Source: Campylobacterales bacterium
GTDB lineage: Bacteria; Campylobacterota; Campylobacteria; Campylobacterales; Hydrogenimonadaceae
Length of the DNA stretch: 39,055 nt
Assembly: GCA_027065635.1 (NCBI GenBank)
Contig: JAMONQ010000090.1
Span: forward strand, 1-39,055
Direction: 5' to 3'
This document shows, one piece after another, positions 1 through 9,633 of the stretch (positions are counted from its first letter, which is position 1; each line of letters opens with the position of its first letter). The position numbers and the translations under genes are program-made. Below the pieces are notes generated by a model. That model worked only from the letters and a program-made list of their open reading frames with translations, was not told where the DNA came from and did not search any database.

Positions 1-65
1 TAGGCACCTCTTGTTCCGGTCACTTTCAGAAAAATATTGACTTTTGCCGGTGCGTTTCGCTTCAT
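1..65 (-). CDS. ispE: 4-diphosphocytidyl-2-C-methyl-D-erythritol kinase, N-terminal fragment (runs off the window start; not in the ORF track)
   Basis: Minus-strand ATG at 65 overlaps the csrA stop (ATGA) and reads MKRNAPAKVNIFLKVTGTRGA, the IspE 'AK(V/I)NxFL' N-terminal motif. truB-csrA-ispE order is known in Campylobacter. Confidence 0.88.
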   Translation of the reverse strand, partial: MKRNAPAKVNIFLKVTGTRGA

Positions 66-295
66 GATCTGGAGAGCTTCTCCTTGAGGCTTTCAAGCAG
101 TTGCGTAGGGGGTTCCTTCGAGGCTTTTTTGTTCTCTTCGCTCACCGCCAAAAAGAGCTCTTCTCTCAATATTGTTATATCGTCTGGAGCTTCTATTCCG
201 ATACGAACGCCGTGCGTATCGCAAGAGATTATCTTTATTTTTATATCCTCCCCGATACGTATGGCTTCATCTTTTTTCCGTGTCAGTACGAGCAT
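62..295 (-). CDS. csrA: Carbon storage regulator CsrA
   Basis: MLVLTRKxxExIxIG...VRIGIEAP...ILREEL is the CsrA signature; 77 aa. Confidence 0.97.
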   Translation of the reverse strand: MLVLTRKKDEAIRIGEDIKIKIISCDTHGVRIGIEAPDDITILREELFLAVSEENKKASKEPPTQLLESLKEKLSRS

Positions 296-1122
296 AGTTC
301 CACCTTGTTTAGCAGATAGGCAACCCGGTCGCCGTCATCTATCTCTATAATAGCAAAATATTTGTCGAAAACGGTGTAGTAGATACCTGGTCTTTCGTTT
401 TCGAAGTCTGATCTATAAACTTTTTTTCCCAGAAGGAGATTTTTTGGATCTCCCGTATAGCGGTTTGGAGGCGGTTTTAGATAGCTCAGCGGATCGAGAG
501 CCTTTTCGTGCTCATATATGAACTTTCCTTCACTGATACGCTCCAGATAGCTTAACGCGCCGCTGCAACCGAGTCTCTGTGCGATGGCGAGTCCCAAAGA
601 GCGTATGTATGTCCCCTCGCTCACATCCGCTTCGAAGGTTATGAATGGGTGCCGATAGTGCAGCAGGCGTATTGAGTGGACTGTCGAACTGGTCTGCTCG
701 AGTTTGACGTCTTCGCCGGAGCGTGCCAGCCGGTAGGCTCTTTTGCCGTCTATTCTCTTTGCGCTGAATTTGGGCGGAGTGTAGCGAAACTCACCTTCGA
801 ACGACTCCACCGCTTCCGCTACTCTCTCTTTTTCAATCGGCTCGATGTTTTCGATCTTTCGTATCGATTCGATATCCAGTGTATCGCTATGTGTGCCGAG
901 CCATAGTGTAGCTCTGTATCTCTTGGGACTCTTTTTCAAAAAGCGAAACAGTCTGGTATACTGCCCGAAAGCGATAATGAGCACTCCGCAGGCGAACGGA
1001 TCGAGTGTGCCTGAAAATCCGGCTTTTTTTACGCCGTAGCGCCGCTTTATTTTCGAGAGCATGGAGTTGGAGCCTACGAACATAGGTTTCTTTGCGACGA
1101 AAAGGCGATTGGTGCAGGCCAT
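283..1122 (-). CDS. truB: tRNA pseudouridine(55) synthase TruB
   Basis: KAGFSGTLDPFACGVL with catalytic Asp, PPKFSAKRIDGKRAY, VSEGTYIRSL. Confidence 0.96.
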   Translation of the reverse strand: MACTNRLFVAKKPMFVGSNSMLSKIKRRYGVKKAGFSGTLDPFACGVLIIAFGQYTRLFRFLKKSPKRYRATLWLGTHSDTLDIESIRKIENIEPIEKERVAEAVESFEGEFRYTPPKFSAKRIDGKRAYRLARSGEDVKLEQTSSTVHSIRLLHYRHPFITFEADVSEGTYIRSLGLAIAQRLGCSGALSYLERISEGKFIYEHEKALDPLSYLKPPPNRYTGDPKNLLLGKKVYRSDFENERPGIYYTVFDKYFAIIEIDDGDRVAYLLNKVELCSY

Positions 1123-1161
1123 AACGCTATCCTCTTCTATTCTCTTGCAAGCGCTTCAAGG

Positions 1162-3207
1162 CTAAACTCTCTCTACGAAAGATGAGAGAATCTCTCTTCG
1201 ATCTCCACCGAAATTTATCTGGAGCTTGAAGTCCCTTCCGGCTCTTGTTACACCAAGCACCCTTCCTATTCCGAAAAGTTTGTGTTTTACCAGGTCGCCC
1301 TTTTTGTAGCTGACAGATTTTTCTATGACCAGCGAGCCTTCCAGAAGGCCCGATTCGGTGAGGAAGCGGCTCTTTTCGAGCTGCTTTCTGCGCCCCTTGT
1401 GAAAGCGGCTCTGGACGGTGGATAGTGTGAGGCTCTCCTTGGCCCTTGTGATTGCTACATATCCGAGCCTGCGCTCCTCTTCTATATCGCAACCGTCGCC
1501 AAGAAGCGGAAAAAACTCCTCCTCCATACCTATTACGAAAAGATGGGAAAACTCCAGCCCTTTTGAAGCGTGTACACTCATGATCGAAATCTGCTCCCCC
1601 TTGATCTGATCCTGTTCGCTCTGAAGGGAGATTTCATTCAAAAAGGCATCAAGACTCATATCCGGATTCTTTTTTATCATGTCGCGAAAGAGGCCGTAAA
1701 ACTCGTCGAGGTTCAAAACGCGCTCCATTCCGTCCGGCATGGCGGCATAATACTCTTTCAGGCCGATGGTAGGATCGAGCATCTCGATAAACTCCATGGT
1801 CGAGCGTTCGAGAGTCTCTTGAAGTATTTCGAGATCGTTTATGAAACGGTTGATGGAAGCGTACGCTTTTTTGCTAAGAAGCTGCGAGAGTTCCGATTTT
1901 GGCGTTTCGGCGAGAAACTGGCAGAGCGATTGACGCTTCTGGTATGCCGCTTTTTCTATTTTGTCTATCGTAGCCTTGCCTATACCCCGCTTGGGACGGT
2001 TGATTACCCTTTTGAAACTGAAGTCGTCGTGACTGTTGGCGATAATTCTAAGATAGCTGATCGCATCTTTTATCTCCGCCCGTTCGTAAAAGCGTACACC
2101 GCCTACGAGCTGGTAGGCGATTCCGGCGCGGTTCAGTCCCTCTTCCAAAGATCTCGACAAAGCGTTGATCCTGTAAAGCACAGCGATCTCTCCGGCCGGT
2201 ACGCCGCTTTGTATGAGCTCTTTTACCGCACGGGCTATCTTGTCCGACTCTTCATTTTCGTCATAGCTTTGAAAGAGTGTGATGGGTTTTCCTTTGCCTT
2301 TCGTGCTTTTGAGCTTTTTACCAAGGCGACCTCTGTTGTGCTGTATAAGCAGGTTCGCCGCTGTCAGGATCTCCTCTGTGGAGCGGTAGTTCTCTTCGAG
2401 TTTGACCACCTTCGTGCCGGCGAACATGTTGGAAAACTCCAGTATGTTCTTTATATTGGCTCCCCGCCACCCGTAGATACTCTGGTCGTCGTCACCCACT
2501 ACGCACAGGTTGTTGTGGGAGTGGCATAGCTTTTTGAGCAGCTGCAGCTGCAGTTCGTTGGTATCCTGATACTCGTCTACCATTATGTAGCGGTAGCGAT
2601 CGCTAAGACTCTCCCTGATATCTTCGTTTTCTTCCAATATTCTATATGTAAGCATCAAAAGATCGTCGAAATCTACCAGGTTGTTCTCAACCAGATACTC
2701 CTGGTATGTCTTGTATATCGCGGAGATCTTTTTATAGTTTGGGTGCTCCGCCTGCTCTACGGCCTGAACGGGGTCTATCAAGGAGTTTTTGTAGCGTGAA
2801 ATTTCGCTTGCCACCAGAGGAGTCGGCAGCTCTTTGCTGATCTGCTTGACTATTCTCTTTTTGTCGTCCGTATCTATAACTATGAAGTCGTTTTTGCGTC
2901 CCAGTCTTTCGATGTTGAACTTTAAAAAGAGCAGACCGAACTTGTGAAAAGTACACAGTAGCGGCGGGTATACCGGGCTGTCGATCATGGAAAGAGCGCG
3001 CTCTCTCATCTGCGAAGCGGCCTTGTTGGTGAATGTGAGCGTGAGAGTGTTCGCCGGGTCTATTCCAAGCGAGAGAAGATATGCCAGACGGGAAGTGATG
3101 GTTTTTGTCTTTCCGCTGCCGGCACCTGCGAGAATCAGCATCGGCCCGTCGATATGGCATGCCGCTTCGCGCTGCTGAGGGTTCAGTTCTTCGAGTATCT
3201 TGTCCAT
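1162..3207 (-). CDS. uvrD: UvrD/Rep/PcrA-family ATP-dependent DNA helicase
   Basis: LNPQQREA Q-motif, AGAGSGKT Walker A, VDEYQD Walker B, VGDDDQSIYGWRGA, ENYRS, HASKGLEF, EERRLGYVAITRAK. Start moved to ATG 3207 (MDKILEEL); the ORF track extends to 3243. Confidence 0.93.
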   Translation of the reverse strand: MDKILEELNPQQREAACHIDGPMLILAGAGSGKTKTITSRLAYLLSLGIDPANTLTLTFTNKAASQMRERALSMIDSPVYPPLLCTFHKFGLLFLKFNIERLGRKNDFIVIDTDDKKRIVKQISKELPTPLVASEISRYKNSLIDPVQAVEQAEHPNYKKISAIYKTYQEYLVENNLVDFDDLLMLTYRILEENEDIRESLSDRYRYIMVDEYQDTNELQLQLLKKLCHSHNNLCVVGDDDQSIYGWRGANIKNILEFSNMFAGTKVVKLEENYRSTEEILTAANLLIQHNRGRLGKKLKSTKGKGKPITLFQSYDENEESDKIARAVKELIQSGVPAGEIAVLYRINALSRSLEEGLNRAGIAYQLVGGVRFYERAEIKDAISYLRIIANSHDDFSFKRVINRPKRGIGKATIDKIEKAAYQKRQSLCQFLAETPKSELSQLLSKKAYASINRFINDLEILQETLERSTMEFIEMLDPTIGLKEYYAAMPDGMERVLNLDEFYGLFRDMIKKNPDMSLDAFLNEISLQSEQDQIKGEQISIMSVHASKGLEFSHLFVIGMEEEFFPLLGDGCDIEEERRLGYVAITRAKESLTLSTVQSRFHKGRRKQLEKSRFLTESGLLEGSLVIEKSVSYKKGDLVKHKLFGIGRVLGVTRAGRDFKLQINFGGDRREILSSFVERV

Positions 3208-3291
3208 ACGTTCGCTATCTTTTCCAAATTGAACTTCCGTCAATACCGAAGCAGCGGTGGCCCGGTTATTGAAAGCTCTCTAATTTAATTG

Positions 3292-3300
3292 AGTATACCA
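3292..3300 (-). promoter_or_regulatory. Extended -10 sigma70 promoter of the uvrD-truB-csrA-ispE operon
   Basis: Minus strand reads TG-g-TATACT preceded by a T-rich tract, typical of Campylobacterota RpoD promoters. Confidence 0.6.
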
Positions 3301-3377
3301 AAAAAAATTTAATATTCAGGTTAGTTTCGCGCTACCTTTTCGAAGCGTGGAAAATGATTTGAAAGGAAAAATTGACG

Positions 3378-3394
3378 AATAATAAAAAATTATT
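3378..3394. promoter_or_regulatory. Candidate LysR autoregulatory box (T-N11-A inverted repeat)
   Basis: AATAAT-aaaaa-ATTATT palindrome with T3380-N11-A3392, abutting the -35 of the LysR promoter. AT-rich context lowers specificity. Confidence 0.45.
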
Positions 3395-3421
3395 GCTTTT
3401 GAAAAATTTATTTGGTAGAAT
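3393..3421 (+). promoter_or_regulatory. sigma70 promoter of the LysR gene
   Basis: TTGCTT (3393-3398), 17-bp spacer, TAGAAT (3416-3421) with TG extension at 3413-3414. Confidence 0.7.
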
Positions 3422-3448
3422 AACAAATAAAAATATTAAGGGCAGATT

Positions 3449-4354
3449 ATGTTGAAAGATTTTGCTAAACTGGAAACCTTTTTGACAGTCATCAGAGAGC
3501 ACAGTTTTTCCAAAGCTTCGGCCAAACTCGGAATTTCGCAGCCGGCGGTAACGCAGCAGATCAAGTTTATAGAGAAGTATCTCGACTGCAAGGTTATAGA
3601 GCGAAAGAAAAACGGTGTCATTCTGACGAAAGAGGGTGAAGATCTCTACCGTATAGCGCTTAGACTTGAGAAGTGTATCAACAGCGCAGAAAGAGACCTG
3701 ATCAAGATCATAAACAAAGAGATCACTTTCAGAATCGGCGCCTCGTTTACGATCGGAAACTTCGTTATCCCGGGCAAATGTCTAAACAATATAAAAGAGG
3801 TTATCCATAACGACGTTCAGGTAAAAGTGGAACTCTCGGCGCAGGTTATAGACGACATAATAAACAAAAAGATAGATCTCGGTCTGATAGAGTCGCCTGT
3901 TTTCAAAGAGGATGTGATCTACAGGGAGTGGCTCGATGACGAACTGGTGATATTCAGCAACAGACCTCTTCCCAGATACCTGAAACCGGACGATCTGAGG
4001 GGTTTCCGCTGGATATGCAGAAACGAATCCTCACATACAAGAAAACTGGTCAAGGAGGTTTTCGAGGATATAGGGTTTGACTGCAACAATCTCGACGTTC
4101 TGTATGAAGTAGACAGCACATCGACGCTGAAGGCCTCCATTTTGAAAGCGGACAAGGATGAGAGTAATCCTCCCGTAGTATCGGTCATTTCGCATGCTGC
4201 GATTGCGGACGAAGTTGAAAGCGGAATGCTTTACGAAGCCAAGATCAGAGGCTACCGTATCAAGAGAAAGCTATATATAGCCTATTCGAAAGAGCGAAAG
4301 CATGACGCCTTCATAGAAAATGTCGTAGGGTATCTTCAGCAGGCTAAATGCTAA
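3449..4354 (+). CDS. LysR-type transcriptional regulator (CysL/YeiE-like subgroup)
   Basis: N-terminal HTH SFSKASAKLGISQPAVTQQIK. Effector domain IGASFTIGNFVIP, DLGLIES and RNESSHTR resembles the CysL-like 'IGASxTIG..RExGSGTR' pattern. Confidence 0.9.
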   Translation: MLKDFAKLETFLTVIREHSFSKASAKLGISQPAVTQQIKFIEKYLDCKVIERKKNGVILTKEGEDLYRIALRLEKCINSAERDLIKIINKEITFRIGASFTIGNFVIPGKCLNNIKEVIHNDVQVKVELSAQVIDDIINKKIDLGLIESPVFKEDVIYREWLDDELVIFSNRPLPRYLKPDDLRGFRWICRNESSHTRKLVKEVFEDIGFDCNNLDVLYEVDSTSTLKASILKADKDESNPPVVSVISHAAIADEVESGMLYEAKIRGYRIKRKLYIAYSKERKHDAFIENVVGYLQQAKC

Positions 4355-4854
4355 TCCTCTCCATCGGGGCTCTCTTTTTTGGAGCCCTCTTTTAGGAATC
4401 TTCTGTTTTCCGGGTTGCTAAGAAGCGCTTCGAGAGAGCTTTTGACACCGCTCTTTTCATTTTGGTCGAACTCCTCTTTATGGGGAATCGCCATGTTTAC
4501 AAGAAGAGGTGTATCCTCGACAATGATCTGCATTACGGCGAGAATCGGCATCGAGACCAGGCTGCCGAAATTTTGCGGACCGAAACCGGCTTCGAAATAG
4601 ATACGGTGTCCATCTGTTTCGAAACTGTCGAACGTATACCCGGCGATTGCAAATAGCGTCACATTTTGCAGTTGCGAGGAGAGTTCCGGCGGAAGCGGAG
4701 GGTCGAAATCCACATACTCTATATTGCAAAGCAGTCCGAAAGGGATGCCGTTTTCCAAAAGCAACTCTAACATCTCGTTGATGGATCTTTCCATCAGACT
4801 CTGAAATTTTGGATCCTTAATGAGATCGATGACCATACTTCTCTCTTTGTGCAC
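4351..4854 (-). CDS. Hypothetical protein (start may be one of the downstream Met codons)
   Basis: 167-aa ORF in line with cysK and the class IV aminotransferase gene; protein-like composition (FEAGFG motif); no function recognised. Confidence 0.75.
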   Translation of the reverse strand: MHKERSMVIDLIKDPKFQSLMERSINEMLELLLENGIPFGLLCNIEYVDFDPPLPPELSSQLQNVTLFAIAGYTFDSFETDGHRIYFEAGFGPQNFGSLVSMPILAVMQIIVEDTPLLVNMAIPHKEEFDQNEKSGVKSSLEALLSNPENRRFLKEGSKKESPDGED

Positions 4855-4869
4855 TTGTCAAAATTCGAA

Positions 4870-5448
4870 TCAATCAGTGATTATACCATTTTCTACCGGT
4901 GAAAAACCGATCATGGCATTCATGAGCGCGAATCTTTCGAAACTCTCTATCTCGTTTACCCCGATATCCCTCGGTACCAAAAAGCCGCTTCTTATCAGCC
5001 TTTCGCGGGTTGTGCCGCGCAGAAGCGGGGTTTTGGGTGTCAGCCACTTTCGGCCGTCGTAGAAGGCGATATTGGCTATTGAGGTATCCGTGACGAGTCC
5101 GTCGCGAATGATTAGAATGTCGTCGGCGTCGCCGCGGGTTTGAAATAACTCCTCTATCGCCTCCCTATCGGTGTACTTGTGTGCATACTCTATGGATGAG
5201 GAGACTTTTTTCAGCTTTTTTATACATCTTCGCTTGTAGGGAGTATAGCTTATTTGCGTTATTTGGCTTCCGTATTCGATGCGGCATTTAAGTATGCAGG
5301 AGCCTGAAGGGGGTTTTATGACACTGCCAAGATCCACTCTGCCCGCCTCCTCTCCAAAGAGTGCGGCTCTGCTGGCATCGAAGCGGGCCTGATGGTAGGA
5401 GAGATGCTGGATGGATCCGTTTTGTATACATATCGTTTCAAAGAGCAT
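4870..5448 (-). CDS. Aminotransferase class IV / 4-amino-4-deoxychorismate lyase (PabC)-like protein
   Basis: LFETI, H..R, KYTDR, VTDTSIANI, LTPKTPLLRGTTRERL and NAMIG match the PLP fold-type IV pattern; GGAGG RBS upstream. Confidence 0.8.
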   Translation of the reverse strand: MLFETICIQNGSIQHLSYHQARFDASRAALFGEEAGRVDLGSVIKPPSGSCILKCRIEYGSQITQISYTPYKRRCIKKLKKVSSSIEYAHKYTDREAIEELFQTRGDADDILIIRDGLVTDTSIANIAFYDGRKWLTPKTPLLRGTTRERLIRSGFLVPRDIGVNEIESFERFALMNAMIGFSPVENGIITD

Positions 5449-5504
5449 GTCAGCCCTCCTTTTTATTGTCGAGACCTTTTGGGGAACCCTCTATATTCGC
5501 AGTT

Positions 5505-6434
5505 TTAGATCTCTTCGCTGAATAGTTCCGTACTCAAGTACCTCTCTCCGGTATCGCACAGAACCGTCACTATGGTTTTACCTCTGTTTTCCGGTCTGGA
5601 GGCTATCTTTACGGCAGCGTCTATATTGGCTCCGGAGGAGATGCCGACCAGTATTCCCTCCTCTTTGGCTATACGCCTGCTCATCGCAAACGCCTCTTCG
5701 TTCGAAACCTTTATAACCTCTTCGTAAACATCCGTATCGAGAACTTTCGGAACGAAACCGGCGCCTATCCCCTGGATTTTGTGAGGTCCTGGCCTGCCCC
5801 CGGAGAGAACCGCGGAAGTGACCGGCTCTACCGCATATACCTTAACCGAAGGCAGTCTCTCTTTCAAAACCTCTCCGACACCGGTTACGGTGCCGCCTGT
5901 TCCGACTGCGGCTATAAATATATCGATCCTGCCTTCCGTATCCCGCAGGATCTCTTCAGCTGTGGTTTTGCGGTGAATCTCCGGGTTGTCCGGATTTTCG
6001 AACTGTTGGAGAATCATGGAGTTTTTGATCTCTTTTTTCAGTTCGAAAGCCCGATCGATGGCTCCTTGCATACCCTCTGCCGCGGGTGTGAGCTCCAGTT
6101 GGGCCCCAAGAGCTTTTAAAAGCTTCCTGCGCTCTATGCTCATAGACTCTGGCATGGTAAGAATGAGGCGTATACCTTTCGCCGCGCAGACGCTTGCAAG
6201 GGCTATGCCCGTATTGCCGCTTGTCGGCTCTATCACTGTACTGCTTTCATCTATGAGCCCGCGCTCCAGTGCACGCTCTATCATGTTTTTGCCTATTCTG
6301 TCCTTTACCGAGCCTCCCGGATTCATAAATTCGCATTTGCCGAGTATCGTACATCCGGTATCCTTCGATGGACCTCTAAGCAGTACCAGCGGGGTGTTGC
6401 CTATCAGCTCCGTAACATCTTTTGCAATCTTCAT
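5505..6434 (-). CDS. cysK: Cysteine synthase A
   Basis: [18 protein letters not shown] with PLP lysine, [35 protein letters not shown] 6434 is preceded by AAGGAG. Confidence 0.96.
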   Translation of the reverse strand: MKIAKDVTELIGNTPLVLLRGPSKDTGCTILGKCEFMNPGGSVKDRIGKNMIERALERGLIDESSTVIEPTSGNTGIALASVCAAKGIRLILTMPESMSIERRKLLKALGAQLELTPAAEGMQGAIDRAFELKKEIKNSMILQQFENPDNPEIHRKTTAEEILRDTEGRIDIFIAAVGTGGTVTGVGEVLKERLPSVKVYAVEPVTSAVLSGGRPGPHKIQGIGAGFVPKVLDTDVYEEVIKVSNEEAFAMSRRIAKEEGILVGISSGANIDAAVKIASRPENRGKTIVTVLCDTGERYLSTELFSEEI

Positions 6435-6483
6435 ATCCCAAGACTCCTTGATTGAAATCACTGCTCCCCTGAGAGGATAGAGA

Positions 6484-6505
6484 ATCTATTGAATAGATAG
6501 TAGCA
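6484..6505 (-). promoter_or_regulatory. cysK promoter (TG-c-TACTAT) with overlapping 15-bp palindromic operator candidate
   Basis: ATCTATT-G-AATAGAT at 6484-6498 is a perfect dyad; the minus strand reads TGcTACTAT at 6497-6505. Confidence 0.5.
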
Positions 6506-6545
6506 TAAGAGATAATAAAATCGAATTATTCAGGATAGATTTCGC

Positions 6546-7769
6546 TCAACGCGGGCGGATAATGTCTGTGACGGGACCGTTTGTAGAGTGATATATGGTC
6601 GTACCGTGGCGATTTGCCTGCATCTGGAGGATCAGACGTTGAAGATCCGGCTCTATCGATGGAAGGAACCAGGCATTGTTGCTTATAGCCGCCATATATT
6701 CGGGCTCGCCTTCATAGAGTCTGTCTGTAGTCGCTTCATAGCATATCGCATTTCGCCACGTCACTCCCGCCATCTGAAAGTCGCTCGGCTCCTTCGCCGT
6801 CTCATAATCACTCGCGCCACCGAAGAATATCTCGTTGATCCATTTTCCTATCCACGAAGGAAGCGGCACCTCTTCGCCAAACGGAACCAAAACCACCTTG
6901 TGCATCACCTTCAGGTCTCCGTCATGAAAAAAGTATGTCGAGTTGTACGACTTTCCGTTCTCTTCATAGAGTGCTCCCGTCACTATATCTATCTCTTCGC
7001 TCATTGATATGATTCTTTCGAGAAGATCGATCTCTGTATTGAGGTAGAGCGGAAATGCACTCTCCGGTAGAATTACCGCTTTGTATCCTTCCCGTTCGGC
7101 CTCTTTTATCGATGCGAGATTGCTCTGGATTATTAGATTCAGGTAGCGCGGGTCCCATTTGTCGCGCTGGTCCAGATTTGTCTGTACAAGTTTTACCGGA
7201 AGATCCTTCTGTGCGGTGTGGTGCGGAAAATGTAGAGCGCATAGCATGGCGACCGGCATGAGCCATCGCCATCGTCTCTTGACGATGAGAAAGAGTGCAA
7301 GGAGTGCAAGGATCAGCCACAACTGCCAAAGAGAGTCGCCAAAGATCGATCCGGTGAACATGAGCGCCGGCCTGAACCAATCGAACCCCATCGGATGGAG
7401 CCACTCGAGTGTACCGAGTGCAAGCGCTCTGGCAGCGGGATGGGAAAGAAGACCTATCGCCCAGAAGATAAGGCCGTATGTCAGCGCAACGGCGACCGTG
7501 ACAAAGGGAATCATCCAGGCCAGATCGTAGTAGCGGAAACTAAGACCTATCCACCAGAACCAGAAAAGGCCGGTAAAAAAGCCGCTCCAAAAAAGTGCCG
7601 GTCTCGGAAGAGTGAGCCAGAAAAAGAGAGCGAGAACTCCAAGAAGAGCCTGAAGCCATGGAAAAAGAAGGCCGAAATGAAACATATAGATGAACATGGA
7701 GGCACAAAGTGCGCAAAGAAAGCCTAAACTTAGAGAAGGAGTGTTAAAATAGCGCATCGAAATTTTCAT
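6546..7769 (-). CDS. lnt: Apolipoprotein N-acyltransferase
   Basis: Hydrophobic N-half followed by a nitrilase domain with E-K-C triad (LPESA, HKVVLVPFGE, AICYE) and SNNAWF. Confidence 0.95.
   Translation of the reverse strand: MKISMRYFNTPSLSLGFLCALCASMFIYMFHFGLLFPWLQALLGVLALFFWLTLPRPALFWSGFFTGLFWFWWIGLSFRYYDLAWMIPFVTVAVALTYGLIFWAIGLLSHPAARALALGTLEWLHPMGFDWFRPALMFTGSIFGDSLWQLWLILALLALFLIVKRRWRWLMPVAMLCALHFPHHTAQKDLPVKLVQTNLDQRDKWDPRYLNLIIQSNLASIKEAEREGYKAVILPESAFPLYLNTEIDLLERIISMSEEIDIVTGALYEENGKSYNSTYFFHDGDLKVMHKVVLVPFGEEVPLPSWIGKWINEIFFGGASDYETAKEPSDFQMAGVTWRNAICYEATTDRLYEGEPEYMAAISNNAWFLPSIEPDLQRLILQMQANRHGTTIYHSTNGPVTDIIRPR
7742..7750 (+). promoter_or_regulatory. Extended -10 promoter for the yajC-secD operon
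   Basis: TG-t-TAAAAT about 35 bp before the yajC ATG; AAGGA RBS follows. Confidence 0.55.
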
Positions 7770-7784
7770 ACATAAGGATAAGAG

Positions 7785-8069
7785 ATGAATGGTGCCGAGC
7801 AGGGGAATATATTAGCTTCATTGTTTCCGCTTCTGATTTTGTTCGCGATCTTCTACTTTCTGGTGATTCGCCCGCAGCAAAAGCAGGCAAAACAGCACAA
7901 AGAGATGGTCGCTTCACTGAAAAAAGGCGACAAGATCGTTACTACCGGCGGATTGATAGCCGAAGTGATCAAGCCCGAAGAGGATTTTATCAAAATCAAG
8001 CTTAACGACGAAACGATCGTCAAGCTGGTACCAGACTACGTAGCCAGAAAGATAGAGGATGAAGCTTAA
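7785..8069 (+). CDS. yajC: Preprotein translocase subunit YajC
   Basis: [14 protein letters not shown]...[14 protein letters not shown] signature. Confidence 0.97.
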   Translation: MNGAEQGNILASLFPLLILFAIFYFLVIRPQQKQAKQHKEMVASLKKGDKIVTTGGLIAEVIKPEEDFIKIKLNDETIVKLVPDYVARKIEDEA

Positions 8070-9633
8070 CTACCGGGTACTGATCTTCCTGGCCGCCGCC
8101 ATCTTCGGTATAGCGCTCTCCATGCCTTCGCTTCTACAGACGGAGAAGGGCTCCAAAATAACGCTTGGGCTCGATCTTCAAGGAGGCCTGCATATGCTTC
8201 TGGGTGTCGATACGGACGAAGCGATCCGGTCGAAAATAAAGTCGCTCGCGTCGGCTGTGAAGTATGCCGCTGAAGACGAAGAGCTGATAATAGACGGCTT
8301 CAAGGTCAAAAACGGCAAGGTGGAGTTCGAGCTGCTCGACAGGGACGATGTGCCGAAGATGGATGCGATACTCGACAAGATCGAAGGGATAGCCGTAGAG
8401 AAAAACGGACTCAAATATACGGTTTCGCTTACGCCGGCCGAGAAGGAGTCGATCAAGAAGTATGCGATTACCCAGGCAGTCGATACGATCAGGAACCGGC
8501 TCGATCAGTTCGGTCTTGCGGAGCCGACGGTAGCGAAGCAGGGCAAGGATAAGATACTGGTGGAAGTGCCCGGTGTCAAAACGCCCGAACAGGAGCAGCG
8601 TATTCGCGAGCTCATCGCCAAAGCGGCCCATTTGCAGCTCATGGCGATAGATGAAGAGCGTGCGGCGAATGTCGAAAACATGACGCCTGCCGAGGCCGCC
8701 AGGTATGGTGACGTAATCTTGCAGGGTGCCCAGGACGGCCGGAAGTATCTCGTCAAAGAGATTCCGATTCTCGACGGCTCGATGCTGACCGATGCGAGGG
8801 TCGCGTTCGATCAGAGCAACCAGCCTGTCATCAACTTCTCTCTCAACTCCCAGGGTGCAAAGATATTCGGTGACTTCACCGGCAAGAATGTAGGCAAGCG
8901 CCTTGCCGTCGTTCTGGACAACAAGGTCTACAGCGCGCCGGTGATTCGAGAACGTATCGGGGGAGGCAGCGGACAGATCTCCGGCGGTTTCAGCGTCAAG
9001 GAGGCTCACGACGTGGCGATCGCGCTACGAAGCGGCGCACTGCTGGCTCCGGTCTTCATGGAGGAGAAGCGAAGCGTTGGGCCGAGCCTCGGTGCCGACA
9101 GCATCAAGGCTTCGATGATAGCTCTGATCACAGGATTCATAGCCGTGGTGATCTTTATGGTCTTCTATTACGGGATCGCAGGGATAGTCGCCGATATCGC
9201 ACTTATAGTCAATCTCTTTTTGATACTCGCGATCATGGCGCTTTTCGGCGCGACACTGACTCTGCCAGGTATGGCGGGAATTGTATTGACGGTGGGTATG
9301 GCGGTAGATGCCAATGTCATAATCAACGAACGTATAAGAGAGCTTCTGTATGAAGGCAAGAGTATTACCAAAGCTATCGAGCAGGGGTATGCAAACGCCT
9401 TCAGTGCGATTTTGGACGCCAATATCACGACTCTTATCGCAGCAGTGGTGCTATACGCCTACGGTACAGGACCCATAAAGGGATTCGCGATCACTATGAG
9501 TATAGGTATTTTGGCATCTATGCTGACGGCGATCCTTGGAACCCACGGTATCTGGCAAATGCTCGAATCCAGAGTATCGAAAAAGAGACTGAATATCTGG
9601 TTCGGTATCAAGACTCCGGAGGTTGCGAAATGA
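8059..9633 (+). CDS. secD: Protein translocase subunit SecD
   Basis: [54 protein letters not shown]. Confidence 0.98.
   Translation: MKLNYRVLIFLAAAIFGIALSMPSLLQTEKGSKITLGLDLQGGLHMLLGVDTDEAIRSKIKSLASAVKYAAEDEELIIDGFKVKNGKVEFELLDRDDVPKMDAILDKIEGIAVEKNGLKYTVSLTPAEKESIKKYAITQAVDTIRNRLDQFGLAEPTVAKQGKDKILVEVPGVKTPEQEQRIRELIAKAAHLQLMAIDEERAANVENMTPAEAARYGDVILQGAQDGRKYLVKEIPILDGSMLTDARVAFDQSNQPVINFSLNSQGAKIFGDFTGKNVGKRLAVVLDNKVYSAPVIRERIGGGSGQISGGFSVKEAHDVAIALRSGALLAPVFMEEKRSVGPSLGADSIKASMIALITGFIAVVIFMVFYYGIAGIVADIALIVNLFLILAIMALFGATLTLPGMAGIVLTVGMAVDANVIINERIRELLYEGKSITKAIEQGYANAFSAILDANITTLIAAVVLYAYGTGPIKGFAITMSIGILASMLTAILGTHGIWQMLESRVSKKRLNIWFGIKTPEVAK

Noticed and set aside
3241-3271. SRP RNA suggested by GAAGCAGC within a weak hairpin upstream of uvrD
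   Set aside because: It lacks the CAGG...GGAA-tetraloop helix and the long stem; the region is too short.
3300-3307. Phase-variable homopolymer (A8) in the uvrD promoter
   Set aside because: Short A/T tracts are normal in these promoters; Campylobacterota contingency tracts are typically poly-G/C, and none was seen.
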